From NCBI RefSeq assembly GCF_964355755.1, contig NC_092677.1, positions 23,671,175 to 23,735,174 on the forward strand: a DNA stretch of 64,000 nt. The letters run 5' to 3'. The notes under the pieces are model-generated. The model did not search any database. It was not told the origin of the DNA and saw only the letters and a program-made list of their open reading frames with translations. This stretch comes from Antedon mediterranea (Eukaryota; Animalia; Echinodermata). This document shows positions 24,823 to 37,135 of this stretch, piece after piece (position 1 is the first letter of the stretch; every line of letters starts with the position of its first letter). A program made the position numbers and the translations under genes.

Positions 24823-24912
24823 ATGGCAGCTAACATAAAGGACATGGACATTCCCACAGAAAGCAAGACAATCACCATGAAAACTGCACTTATAACCGGT
24901 ATCACTGGTCAG
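24823..24912 (+). CDS. GMDS: GDP-mannose 4,6-dehydratase, exon 1
   Basis: MAANIKDMDIPTESKTITMKTALITGITGQ|gtaaat; start of the Rossmann-fold GITGQDG motif. Confidence 0.95.
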
Positions 24913-25233
24913 GTAAATTTATATTTGATTCACTTTCAGTTCAGGCCTTGCTTGTTTTTTTGTTACTGCCTACCATGTGCACACCACGGAACAAAAGTGG
25001 GGCCTAGCTAGACTACTACTACTACTAGGCTAGGCCTAGGGTAGTACTAGACCTAGTACTAGTAGTACAGTAGTAGTAGTACTAACAGGCTAGACGCCTT
25101 GGTTGGTCGGGTCGTCTTGTATTAGGTCTCGAGGCCTAGAAGTATGCCTAAGCCTAGCATAGTTAGTATAGCCTGCTAATAATAATGCTATATTTATTAC
25201 TAAATAAATACTATAATTATTGTATATATTGTT

Positions 25234-25539
25234 ATGCACTTGTCAATTATATGACCCACTATACGACCCCTGGGAGACGTGCGTAATGGGTGCGTCATTT
25301 ACAAATAATTACTGATGCAGGGGTTCGTAAAAAAAACTAGATGTCCGTCATTTTACCCCCCACCATATCATGGTCCCAGTGTGTCAAAATGGGTGTGTCA
25401 TGTTAACGTAAATAAAGGTAAGTCAAATTTTTGACGTACAGGTGCGTCATATGGTATTCATAAGATATGACGCATATCGGGAAAAATAACGCACCTCTGC
25501 CAGGGGTTGTAGAGTGGGTCGTACAAATGACAAATGCAT
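25234..25539. mobile_element. MITE with ~50-bp imperfect TIRs in GMDS intron 1
   Basis: ATGCACTTGTCAATTATATGACCCACTATACGACCCCTGG ... CCAGGGGTTGTAGAGTGGGTCGTACAAATGACAAATGCAT; partial second copy at ~40643-40765. Confidence 0.7.
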
Positions 25540-26380
25540 TTTAATCTTACTACTAGACTAGCCGCTAGGGTAGTATACTAGGCATAGCAGGGGCATAGCA
25601 AGCAATGAAATTGATTGATTGATTGATTGAAATATATATTTTATATAAGTATTACTATTATTGAGTATTTTGCGAGCGAAGAGCGGGCAACAATGGGCCG
25701 GGGGCCCCATATACCTTTGACGTTTCATCTGGACAATCATATGATTTGAATCAGACCTACTGTACATGCTTATTTCTCACGCATGTTGTGCGTAATTTGA
25801 AATTGTGCAAGGAAATTTATGTTCACACACACTGGCCACAGAAAAATTTGGCTACCATTATTCAATCCTGGACCTTGCTAGGCAAGTACTGTAGTAGGCC
25901 TAGGCTAGTCCTCTTGAATGGCCTACTAGTACTAAGATAGGCCTAGTAAAAAAAATGATATCTAGCCAACAGACTAAAGATTGCACACTCATAACCTATG
26001 CCTAGTAATAATTAATTTTTAATAAGTTATTTTTTTGGATTGAAAATACAATCCATGTGATTTTGGGGAATGCGATAGAAGGATTGAGTCTTGCTCTTCA
26101 ACGTTGATAGAATCATTGTTAGAGACCACCACAGGTTTATTTGCTAATTATTGCCCAAACTTGCAGGCATATGTTTTCTTGTGTTTAAGTTTTTCTTTAG
26201 AATTACTTTAGTGCTCCATACAAAATATTAGAAGTTGATTCTATCGCGTCCAAGATAAAACAAATATCAGTCGTAAACCGATAGGGCTATGTTTATTAAC
26301 TGCTAGACTCTATATGCACTTGTCAAACAAAATATAAAAAAAAACAGTAACGGACAATTCTCATACCTCTTACAACCATA

Positions 26381-26744
26381 CCATGAATCTTCTAATCGTG
26401 ACCCTGGGTTATTATTCTTTGAGGGTTCAGGGTGGGTTACTATTAGAGTAGTGGGTTACTATTACTAATCTTAGGCACCTGAAAATAGTAACCAACCCCC
26501 CAACTTTTCCAATCGGCAACTCATAGCAAAATAATAAAACAGTAGGAATAAACAAATTTGGTTGAACTCAATCCTCCCCCACTCCCAAGATCAACATGAA
26601 TTATCTCCTTATTTTCAAAATACGTCTACATCATAAGTTTTTGTGATTCTAATAGGTTAATGGGTTACTATTAGCGTAGTGGGTTATTATTATAGATTGA
26701 CTTACCCTTGTATAAGGTGTGGGTTACTATTAGAAGATTTACGG
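26381..26744. mobile_element. TA-flanked Tc1/mariner-pogo-like MITE with internal GGGTTACTATT repeats
   Basis: TA|CCATGAATCTTCTAAT ... ATTAGAAGATTTACGG|TA. Confidence 0.7.
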
Positions 26745-28412
26745 TAAATAAAAATATATAATAATAGTATTAGGTGTAAGAGATGACAAATTGTTATATT
26801 TAATTTCTTACATTTACAAACAACCATATTTTCCTGTAATTGCGATTGCTATTTTAAGCACTATGATTATATTGATGCCTAATAATAAATATTGGATGTC
26901 AAGTTGACGTCAAGATGGATATATAATTCTGATTGAATCAGGTTTTATAATACTATGACAATCTTTTTCATCATTGACTGTCATTTCCGTTTGATCTCAG
27001 AGATACTGACATATTTTAAGACCTACTGTACTGTACCTAAGCATTTGATTGTTATGCAGTACATTATTAATAATATTAATTTAATATAATTATAAAAAAA
27101 TAAGATCCAATTCAATACGGTACCTGACTGTTGTAAAATAGATATTATATTAATTAAAGTCAACATTCAGTATGTACAGTAAGTAAGCAAGGGATCTTCT
27201 CAAAATTATTCAACTACAGTTACTGCAGTAAGTACATTTTTTACTGTACTAATGTGTGATTTATTTTTGTTTCAATGTACAGTAGATGTTTATTAGGCAG
27301 TCAGAAATAGTGTGTATGATTACTGTACTAAAAAAAGCTTGCTAAATTATTGCACTGCAGTAACTGCAGTAAAATAATTTTATCATTTTGTTTGACTGTA
27401 GACTGTGTCAAACAAAATATAGTTACTGCAGTAACTGCAGTAGAATAATTTACTACATTTTGTTTGACACAGTCTACAGTACTGTAATTACTGCAGTAAC
27501 TGCAGTAAATTAATTTTATCATTTTTTCTAAATTTAAATACAATTAGCATAATTACACAAAGAGAGAGGATGGTCGGTCAGGGCCGGAGGATGGTTGATG
27601 ATATCTATCACGACTGCGCCTTGCATAAATTTTTGTCTGTCACGAAGGATGAAAGTCATTTTCTTTTTGAGAGGATAAACTGTCACCTGATTGTGACAAG
27701 TGGTACCGTAGATATCTTCTGCCTTCCTCCCGCACTGAACGATATCGTCTCTCCTTCCTTCCACAAGCCATTTAACTTTTTAACAAAAATTAATACAAAC
27801 GATAATAATTATAAGAAATATACTGTATTTTAGTTTGCATTTTATTGTTTATATATATCTAGGATATATATATATATATCATATTCCAATATGTTTTATT
27901 GTAATGTAATTTCAATTGTATTGTAATTGTTCTGTAATTTTTAATGCAAGCAATGGAATTTCCAGAAATGGATAAGAATAAAGTTTGAATCTTGAATACT
28001 AATTGCGTAAATAAATACTTCCTTTGAATACAGGAATTAAAATAGTGTGTGAGGCACTGGCTGATTAGAGCCTACATTTGGCTAGGTAGCTATTTGATTT
28101 CTGGTTTAATTAATCTGTAAAAACAATAGAAAATATAGCTTTTTCATCTAAAATAACAATTACCATGTAAATCTTATGTAATATATAGGACATAAACAGT
28201 TTTATTTTGATCATTTTATTGTTTTATAATTTGCTAAAATAATTGGCTAATGTATGGACTTACAATTTTTGCCTTAGCGCGCATCCAGTAAAGTATTACA
28301 ATTTATTTAATTTATCTTAATTTAATTAATAATGTTTATAATTTTTAATAAATTATAATTTTAATAATATTATGTTAAGAATTCTATATTTTCAGTGCTG
28401 TACTGTAGTCAC

Positions 28413-28738
28413 AATTGTCCCCCTGAAACACTTTTTGTTGTTGGATGCCATTTTAATGTCACATAAAAGTTCCACTTTGAACAGAAATTTAATTGAAATG
28501 AAATAAAAATGTATTTTCCCCCAAAAACTTTAATTTATAGCAAAAAATAGTCAAATTGGCTGCCAGCCAATGGGTTTTTGGTTGACCATTTATTTTGTCA
28601 TTTTATATGAATAATCATTTTTTTTTACATCAGGGATTAACTTTGTTAAAACTACAAAATAACCTATTCAACGTCTTTTTAATAATCTTCTCTTTAATTA
28701 ATCTTCATTTTTTCATTTTTTTGGTGGACAATACATCT
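28413..28738 (-). mobile_element. AGATGTATTGTCC-family MITE copy
   Basis: Ends GGACAATACATCT|TTAA; internal GTCAAATTGGCTGCCAGCCAATGG shared with the 49-50 kb copies. Confidence 0.75.
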
Positions 28739-29164
28739 TTAAATAGCATAGCAGAATCATTTACTCATCCAATCATATAAATATAAGTATATACTTAATT
28801 GATATTTTTTCCATTTTCTAGTAACGATGGTAATATTCAAACACAAATAAAGCCTCGCTATCATTTCACAAAAGGACAAAATATTGCTAATAAAAAATAT
28901 ATTTTGTTACTGTAGATTGTAAACTCCTATAAAGAAACGCTTATAATTTTTAGTTATATTTCACAATTAACTACTGTATATGTATTATATAATATAATTA
29001 TTAATAGCACAATAGCTCAAACAAGTGGAGGCAAAATATTTTATTTTAAATGAACCAAAAAAAATACAATTCTCTGATAATGATATGTATGGGTTTGACA
29101 AAAATCAGAAAGTGCCTTTAAATATATCTAGAAATAATTCCTTAAAAATATATAATTCCTAGGA

Positions 29165-29370
29165 CTAGTGCTGTTCCGCCGTACCACGCCGAGAGTGTTA
29201 AAGAGTCGCTATCGAGTCGAGTTTGAACAATACCATGAAAGCCCCAGTGGTCTAATGGTTAGGACATCTGCATATCAAGCAGGCGGTCCGAGTTCTCGGT
29301 TGGGGCGACTTTTTTTCATTCACACAGATTTCCTCATCTTTATCGTTTCAAAATAATTAATTAAATTTCA
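29165..29370. mobile_element. Dispersed repeat containing a tRNA-like segment (29241-~29307)
   Basis: GCCCCAGTGGTCTAATGGTTAGGAC..GAGTTC..TGGGGC followed by a T-run; diverged second copy with the same flanks at ~40040-40222. Confidence 0.6.
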
Positions 29371-29476
29371 GTATATCACCGGGCGGTTTCGAATTAATGT
29401 TCATTGCCTAATGTCCTAATTGACAGGCAGCACTTGCCAACTCATATGCTATGACTTTATCCAAATTCCCTCACTT

Positions 29477-29513
29477 GCACTGATGAAGGGCTAGTGTTGC
29501 CCGAAAGCTCTGC
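29477..29513 (+). ncRNA. Minimal hammerhead ribozyme motif (Penelope-type)
   Basis: gca-CTGATGA-A-GGGC-tagtgtt-GCCC-GAAAGCTC-tgc: core boxes, stem II, palindromic AGCT in place of stem III, 3-bp stem I. Confidence 0.7.
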
Positions 29514-30002
29514 TAACTTTTCTGGCTGTTTACTTTATCGTTTTGATTTAGCTTAAATTCACTTTTTTTTTTGTATCTACATTGAGATCCAGCCACAGCA
29601 TTGTCATTTTTTTCAGTAATTTGCCTTTGGATTTATATATAAACACAGTAGGCAAAGAACATTATATATCACCGGGCGGTTTAGAATTACTGTTCTTTGC
29701 CTGATTGGTTTAATATATTGACCTTGGAATGGATTTTGATAATTTAAATTGTGGTACAATGATCATAATTTCAGTAATTATATCTTTTTGATTACCAATT
29801 GAAAGAAGGTATAATTGTATACCAACCAGTCAACTCTCACAACGCGTGATTCTCGCGCATGGCGGCCGATTTTGTATGCCTCGCGCGTACATGGCTATTT
29901 CTTATGTATCCATACAAATATTCAGAAAAAATATTATTTTGAAATGAACTTGTCTATAAGAAAATAGCCTAGGAGGACTCACTGCACAATATTGAATTAA
30001 TT

Positions 30003-30474
30003 ATGTCGTAAGGTAGTTTCCCGATTAATCGTACGATCAAACGGTACTGGGTATGATCAACTAGCGTTCGTGTTCCCACCTAATCATATATCTTTACTCT
30101 TTTTAAAAGTTTTACTAACGATTTTTATTTTATTTTATTGTAGGCTATTTATATTTTTGCTTTATGTACACGACAACTAACGATAAAATAACAGTTTTTC
30201 ACATCGCAACTTATACAACGTAATTTTGAAAATTACAACCATTTTTCTATATACATACAACGTACATTTCTAGTTTAACAAAAACATTTTTCTAAACTTT
30301 CTATTATTTAAAAGTCGAAGATAGCCAGGTCTCGGGTCCATTCTATTGTCGCCACAGATTGATATCTTCATCAGTACTTCTATGAATGGATGATTAGGTG
30401 GGAACACGAACGCTAGTTGATCATACCCAGTACCGTTTGATCGTACGATTAATCGGGAAACCACCTCACGACAT
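30003..30474. repeat. 85-bp inverted repeat (30003-30087 / 30390-30474) from a dispersed element
   Basis: Arms differ at only ~2 positions; diverged homolog at ~43060-43220. Confidence 0.85.
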
Positions 30475-31401
30475 TATGTGTACACCTGTATAGCATTCAA
30501 TCAGATTTGAGTAAGTTCCATAAACTGATCGTTAAATGTATTCCGACTAACGAAACACTACGGCCAGGTTTGCCCGAATGGTCAGACATAGTTATAGGAA
30601 CTCAGAACACGCTTGTTAATGAACTCATCTCTTTATTTACATTTAGTATTTACAAAACTTGCATTATTTATAAAACAAGCAAACCGATTGTCACTTGGAA
30701 TTTATTCAAGGTAGAACTAACAAATTTAATTTCAAATGAATACTTATGTAATCTAAACAAAGCAGAAAGAAAATGGAACGACGTTAAAGAAAAACTCCTT
30801 GAATCAATTATCTAAAAAGAAAAATAATAACCAATAAAATTTAATTTAATGAAGAAAAACACAAGAATAAACATAAATGTACGGTATACAGTATTTTCTT
30901 GATTTAGATCAATTAAATAAATAGTTTACCATCATTATTAAAATATTATTGTTTTCTAGGAGGCGCCCGAGTCCGGGATGACCGAGACGCAACTGGTGCT
31001 AGCCTATAAAATAAACCTGGCTAGCGACAAGGGCGTATCCCCATACTTCATATGGGTTTAGCTTTGCAATATTTATTAGTTTGTTATGTTATCATATGAT
31101 TCATGTAAATAATGAAAGCAATATTATGTTCAAAATGTAAAACTAAAAAATTTTATCAAAGTATTCAAACAAAACACAATCTTACAATGCATCAATATAC
31201 CGTTTTATCATTATTATATCAAATCTCTTTTTAATACTGAATATCAATCTCGTTTTAGCTCTGTAATATAAATTTTCTCTGTATACATATTTGTTTTATC
31301 TAGATTTCAACACAATATCAAAATATTTTATATAATCTTTTAACCTCAGGCTGTGTAATATCACTTGAATATTCATTGATAAATAGATAGAGAGACATAT
31401 A

Positions 31402-31915
31402 CCGTAAAACCTCGAAAAGAAGCCCATGGGCTTCTTCTTTTTTTAGTGCTCTTGGGTGGGCTTCTTTTTGAGATGAGCTTCTTTTCGAGATGGGCTTCTT
31501 TTCGAGAGTACTTTTGCAAACTTTTTCGAAATGAATGCTGTAAATTTAATTTACTAATTTAATAATTTAAATACAACAATGTGACTTTTGAGACATTTTT
31601 TCAACCATGAAATTATGTTTAATATACCAATTAAAAAACAATATAAAAAGCAAAAAAACAGTCCTATGATTCACCGTCAAATACAATAATTTTGTCATCA
31701 TCTCAATACAGTATGAGTAGTCTATCTCGAAATGAAGCCCATACTATCTTGAAAAGAAGCCCAGGGGGCTTCTTTTCGAGATGGGCGTCTTTTCGAGAGT
31801 ACTTTTGCAAACTGTAGAGGGGGCTTCTTTTCGAGATGGGCTTCTTTTCGAGGTTTAAGCCCATGGGCTTCTTTTCGAGGTTTAAGCCCATGGGCTTCTT
31901 TTTGAGGTTTTACGG
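31402..31915. mobile_element. TA-flanked pogo/Tc1-like MITE with many GGGCTTCTTTTCGAGAT subrepeats
   Basis: TA|CCGTAAAACCTCGAAAAGAAGCCCATGGGCTT ... AAGCCCATGGGCTTCTTTTTGAGGTTTTACGG|TA; fragment at ~7870-7950. Confidence 0.85.
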
Positions 31916-34900
31916 TATATATGTACTGTAACCTTTACCATATTGTTTATTATTGAAATAAAAGTGGGTTTCCCCCACAAAAGAGAAAAAAAAATTAATT
32001 AATTTAAGCATACAGATTATATTTATTTATTTTTTATGGTTGATGTAGTACAGGAAAGTCAATTGAAACTCAATTTGTCAATAAATTACATAGAGGGGGT
32101 TGCTTTATGTTTTGTTTTCAGGTTTGCAGGGGTTATCAGTTATTTTAAACATAACGTGATGTTTTACCCCAAAAATAAGTATTAAGAAAAACATTTAAAT
32201 TTGTTTTTGACTGACATACAAAGTAGTGAGTTGTACACTACATGATTAAATTACTTTTATTGGTTCATTGGGGTTTGCCATGTTTTGTTGTGGTTTTTAG
32301 CAAAATCCCCACACCAGCACAAAATATTCCCATCCCGTCAACGTTAAATTTTGTTTGTTTTCGTTTTCAATTTAATTTCTTTTTTTTTTGTATTTGCTAT
32401 TGAATACAAACCAAACACAAACCAAAACGCTCTCTAGAAACTAAACCACATAAAATTGCCACTTGCATTTGAGAAAAGTCCCGGACTCGTACAGGACCTG
32501 ACCTCAAGATATTTTAGATTAAAATCCGACATCTTCAAACCAGATCATCACATCTTTTTGGTACTATATTTCGGTATTGTTTTCATTAATTTTTTCCTGG
32601 ACACAGAATAGATCCGTCATAAGCTACATAATTGTATTGTGAATGCAATTGTACAGTACACTATATTGAAATCTCGTTAACAAAACGACTTATTATGTTT
32701 AATTGCATTTCCGGAAGTTTGCCAGGCTGAAATTTGAAACCGAAACCGTAAATTGCACAACAAATAACACATTGCACGACAAAGAGTCAAGTTTTTGTTT
32801 GTGGTCCGTCGTATATCTACAGTGTAAAAGTGTTGATTTAGTTAAAGCAATTGGCAGACAGCATGAAACAACAGGCTTTAGTTGGGGAAAGATGTAGGAA
32901 TTTGGCCGAAATGTGAAGAAATACAACAAGGTCTTATCCAAGAAATTGTTTAAAAAATGCTATCATAAGCTACAGTATGAAATGCCAAAAACATAAAAAA
33001 AAAACCATTTCATTTCATCAGTATTTATGGTCTGAAATTATGGAATGAGTATTGAGAGAAATTTTTAAATGATAACAATATAATATCAGATTATGCTAAA
33101 TAGATAAATAATATGTTTGCATTATCTGCTTTCGTATGGTACTCATATTCTGCTAAGAGGGATCGTATTTATAATTGATATGATATTTTGTTTATTCATT
33201 ATCAATAGATAAACTACAGATAAAATAATGTGTGTAGGTTAGCATAAAAAAAATAACTCAACAGCGTTTCTAAGTTTCAATAGGATACTGTCCCTCTTAA
33301 ATATTTCCATACAATGAGGTGCCTCATTTATGGGGTATATTTTTGTAGGCCTGGTAGTATAGGAAGGTACATAAATTATGGAGAGGTACAGCATTTATGG
33401 AATACATTTCTGAGGGGCAGGGATTTTAGTTATACTGGATGCTACTGTAAGCTTATCGCTAAAGGGGTCCTACCTTTAAATCAATGGAAACTGGTGACCA
33501 GTGTTATCGCAATTGTTTTCGAGGTGTTAAATGCTAGTTGAAAGTCTCCTTAAAACTACATATACAGTAGTTACTGTAAATACACCATGTTATGATAAAT
33601 AAAGTGTATACATAAATTGATTTTCACATTAATACAAAGGGCTGGACCGGATGCTAACTGTACAGACAACAAACAAATGTCCGTGGGCGGCGTCTAACTA
33701 AATAGTTAAGCAACATTTTTTCATTTCATTCTTCTATTAACAGTAGTAAATCATATCAAATTTCGGAAAGGAACCTAATCCCTTCTCAAACAGAGGTTCC
33801 GAATCTTATAGTATAGTTCCTGTTGTATTTTACGCCATGAGTATTTATAATCAGCTTCTTGTTAAAGTCCTGTAGGTTACTGGTGGATCGTATCACCGGT
33901 AAACCATTAAGTTGCCAAATTCATAATGCGGCTGTGTTAACTTCAGCATAATAATGTAATTTCCGGCCAACTAGAGATGCAATTTACCATGTTTTTATGT
34001 TTGAGAGTACCATTTCCTGCTATCTAGGGGTGTAATTTAACAAAATCTCTTTGCCACAGGCCCTGCCATGGGGTTGAAAATACTTGGTATCAAATTAGAA
34101 GCCCCTATACTGGCGGTTACTGTAAAAATAGTGATTGTTGACCAATTTAGATGAAAGGTTGCAATATGTGTAGTCCAAATAAACCCGGATTTGTTTTATT
34201 TTTACTTTTCAGTTAGAAGCAAACAATGTACCTCTGTGTTCAACAGAAACATGCTTAGGATAGATACAGATTCTTTGTGGGACAAATTATGCGGTTTTTA
34301 CTTCTCTGTGTGTGGCCTTTAGATGGCTTTTTAGATAGAGCATTCATTTTTTGACCTTATAAAAATATTCTCCCCATTCAATGAAAAAAGTTATTAATTG
34401 GATACTGAACTCTTGTATTCTCTCTGAATTCTACTTTGGTATCAAAACTGACAAGTAGCTTATTTTAATTATGAATCTCACTGTAGTACTGGTCATCAAT
34501 AACTTATATTTCTGTAAGACTAACTGTCCCTTTAGGTCAGTTAGCTTTGTGTGATGTTCTAGTTAAGAAAATTGTATTTTACTGCACCTAATTCTAGTTT
34601 TCGTAAAGTTGGTCATTAAAGTAGGTCGCATGTTAAATGTTCTATAAATTTTTTTTAACGACTGTACTTACAATACATTATATCATTTATTTTGCCATAT
34701 AGAAAACAAAAACGAACATACAGACAGAACAAATGTAAATCAATGAGGCAGGATTACCTAAATGTTATAAAAACAAAATAACAGTTGAGAGGCTCTCCAC
34801 AAAGAAATACATACAATATTATATTGTTAGTTACACTTTACACTACAGGTATTACAATATTTTAAAAAGGATTAAAATTGCATGAAAAATACATTTAAAT

Positions 34901-35155
34901 TAGTAAAATATTTCTTAATGAACTCAGTAAAAGAAAAATATTAATACTATGAAGCTGGAATATTGTATAAAAATAAAAAGAATTTGGATATGGTTTAAAA
35001 ACAAAGACTAGGTTCTTTCTATGATTTAAGTACAATAAATGTTGCGGATTATGGCTGGTTTTGCATTAAAAAAATACACCAGTTAAACACCCGATTCATC
35101 CTTATTGTAATCTGGTAGGGACGAAGTTAGACCAATACAATTATCTGCTATACAT

Positions 35156-35470
35156 TCATCATCAGCCGTTGTCAGTCCACTGCTGGAAGAAAGCCTCAGC
35201 ATGTTTCTGCCATAGTGAACGATCTCTAGCCGCTCCCTACCACTGCACTTTACCCCAATACTTGTCTATTTCATCTCGCCATCTCACTCTTTGCCTTCCT
35301 CTATTTCTCCTCCCATCCATCATGGGTGTCCATGATGTCATTAGCGAAGTGCATCTATTGTCTGTTCTCCTACTGATATGTCCAGCCCACTTCCACTTAC
35401 TTAATTTGATAGTTCTTATAATGTCTTGGACTTGTGTTTGTTTTCTTACCCATTTATTTGTTTTTCTGTT
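35156..35470 (-). mobile_element. 5'-truncated RTE-clade LINE 3' end
   Basis: Minus-strand RKTNKWVRKQTQVQDIIRTIKLSKWKWAGHISRRTDNR..GRRNRGRQRVRWRDEI..*..DRSLW..EAFFQQW; internal stop; (TGA)n tail. Confidence 0.9.
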
Positions 35471-36665
35471 GGTCTTGCAAAACTCCAAACAGTTATTAAT
35501 AATGAATATTACTGGTCTTGAAAATTTAATAATGTTGATTTTATTAAAATATGGAAATACCAGACTGTTTGCTCCTAAAAGGTCAAATTCATGAAAAAAA
35601 TTCACCTGCCTTGCTATCATTTCTGACACGGAAGTGTAAGAGAGTTAATTGATCACAAGAGCACAATACGTCGGTTGCAACTCTGATATGATTCGTATCG
35701 GAAGCTTAAATCTTATTCTATACAGGTGCAACTCTAATGTGTGTGAATCAGCTTATAAGAAAGAATTACAACCACTTTTAACCTGTGTCCACACTGGCAA
35801 AAAATGAACATCTGAACAAAATGTTTTATTCTTTTGTAAAAGTACATATGTACTGCGCCTATGAGCAATCACTGATTGGATATAAGGCGCATTATAAATT
35901 ATCATTATAAAATTATATATAATGGCTTGATTTATCAATTACATTATCTGAATGTTCATATTACTGTATTGTACAGTATAATGTACACAGATTTATGTAA
36001 CTAGGAATTTGAAACCATAAGCGATATCAAATCCAAGATCATATCGTGAGAGTGAAAATAGGTAATTTCCTGTGCGGTTTCCATAAAAAAATCACATGTT
36101 TTTTGTGTGTCCACACGTAAGGGATCAACGCCTCATTTATATGACAACCTTTCAATGTTTGCTTTGTTAATAATAATAATAATAATAATAATATTTATTC
36201 GGCAAAAGTTCATAAAGTACATTTTACAATTCATCTTGCCAGGAGCAAGTAATAGGCATGAGCCCAAACAGAAAACTGCTCTTACTCATTTACCTTATGC
36301 CATTAACATGTCTTTCTACATATGAATGTTTGTTTGTGGAGTCGAATTATATTACAGTAATACTAATAGTAATAGATTCTTTTTTTTTCTAAATGCCAAA
36401 CTGCTTTGAAACACCGGGCCCAGTTGCTTTCTTAGATTGGTCTCCATCTGGGGATATCGAGTGCTGTATACAGTAGACCAGAGTGTGATTGTGTAATGAT
36501 AATGTAATCAGACTGGCATATAATACAGTAGGCATGGGTTTGAGTCTTTCGTGCCATATTTTGTACCATGATGCTTTACTATCAACTCTCGTCCTTCAGA
36601 TGGAACATAAAGACATACAGTGCATGTTAAAGAACTTGGTAAACTACATTAAAAAAAAGGGAATT

Positions 36666-36733
36666 GTCTCCCGGTGTGCTGGTCTGAGTCTCCCGGTGTG
36701 CTGGTCTGAGTCTCCCGGTGTGCTGGTCTGAGT
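36666..36733 (+). repeat. 22-bp tandem x3 within a SINE-like relic
   Basis: (GTCTCCCGGTGTGCTGGTCTGA)3. Confidence 0.9.
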
Positions 36734-37090
36734 AGACTGCTTGCTGTCGTGATTCATAGAGCACCAAATTTCCTCAGTTTCCAGCTAAGCTTGAGGACAA
36801 TTTCAAATATTTTCAGTTAAACTTGTTTTCAACATTTTGAATATATATATATTGTTTTATAATAAGTGATATTTAATTGTAATTTTGTTTTAATATATTA
36901 ATTGTATGTTCTACCTTTCTAAATGTCTTTTATATTTTTATATTGCATTTTATTGTTCTGAGTGAAACGCTTATGTTAAACTTCAATCTTTCGTTTGATT
37001 GCAATAAAGTCCTATTCGTATTCGTAAATACCTAAATTTACCTTTTCATAATTTGTAAAGTTATATTTTGTAATTTTCTATGTTTTTCAG

Positions 37091-37135
37091 GATGGTTCCT
37101 ACTTGGCAGAGTTCTTGATTGAAAAAGGATACATG
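37091..37135 (+). CDS. GMDS: GDP-mannose 4,6-dehydratase, exon 2
   Basis: ttttcag|DGSYLAEFLIEKGYM|gtaat; 45 nt. Confidence 0.95.

Noticed and set aside
24687-24905. 72-aa minus-strand ORF with a hydrophobic N-terminus
   Set aside because: Antisense to GMDS exon 1 and its GC-rich 5' UTR; GTG start; no independent evidence.
30355-30380. Minus-strand CTGATGA as a hammerhead core
   Set aside because: No stem II followed by GAAA at a suitable distance.
31703-31891. Repetitive ORF MGLNLEKKP..
   Set aside because: Translation of MITE subterminal repeats.
35169-35594. 141-aa plus-strand ORF
   Set aside because: Antisense shadow of the RTE LINE fragment.
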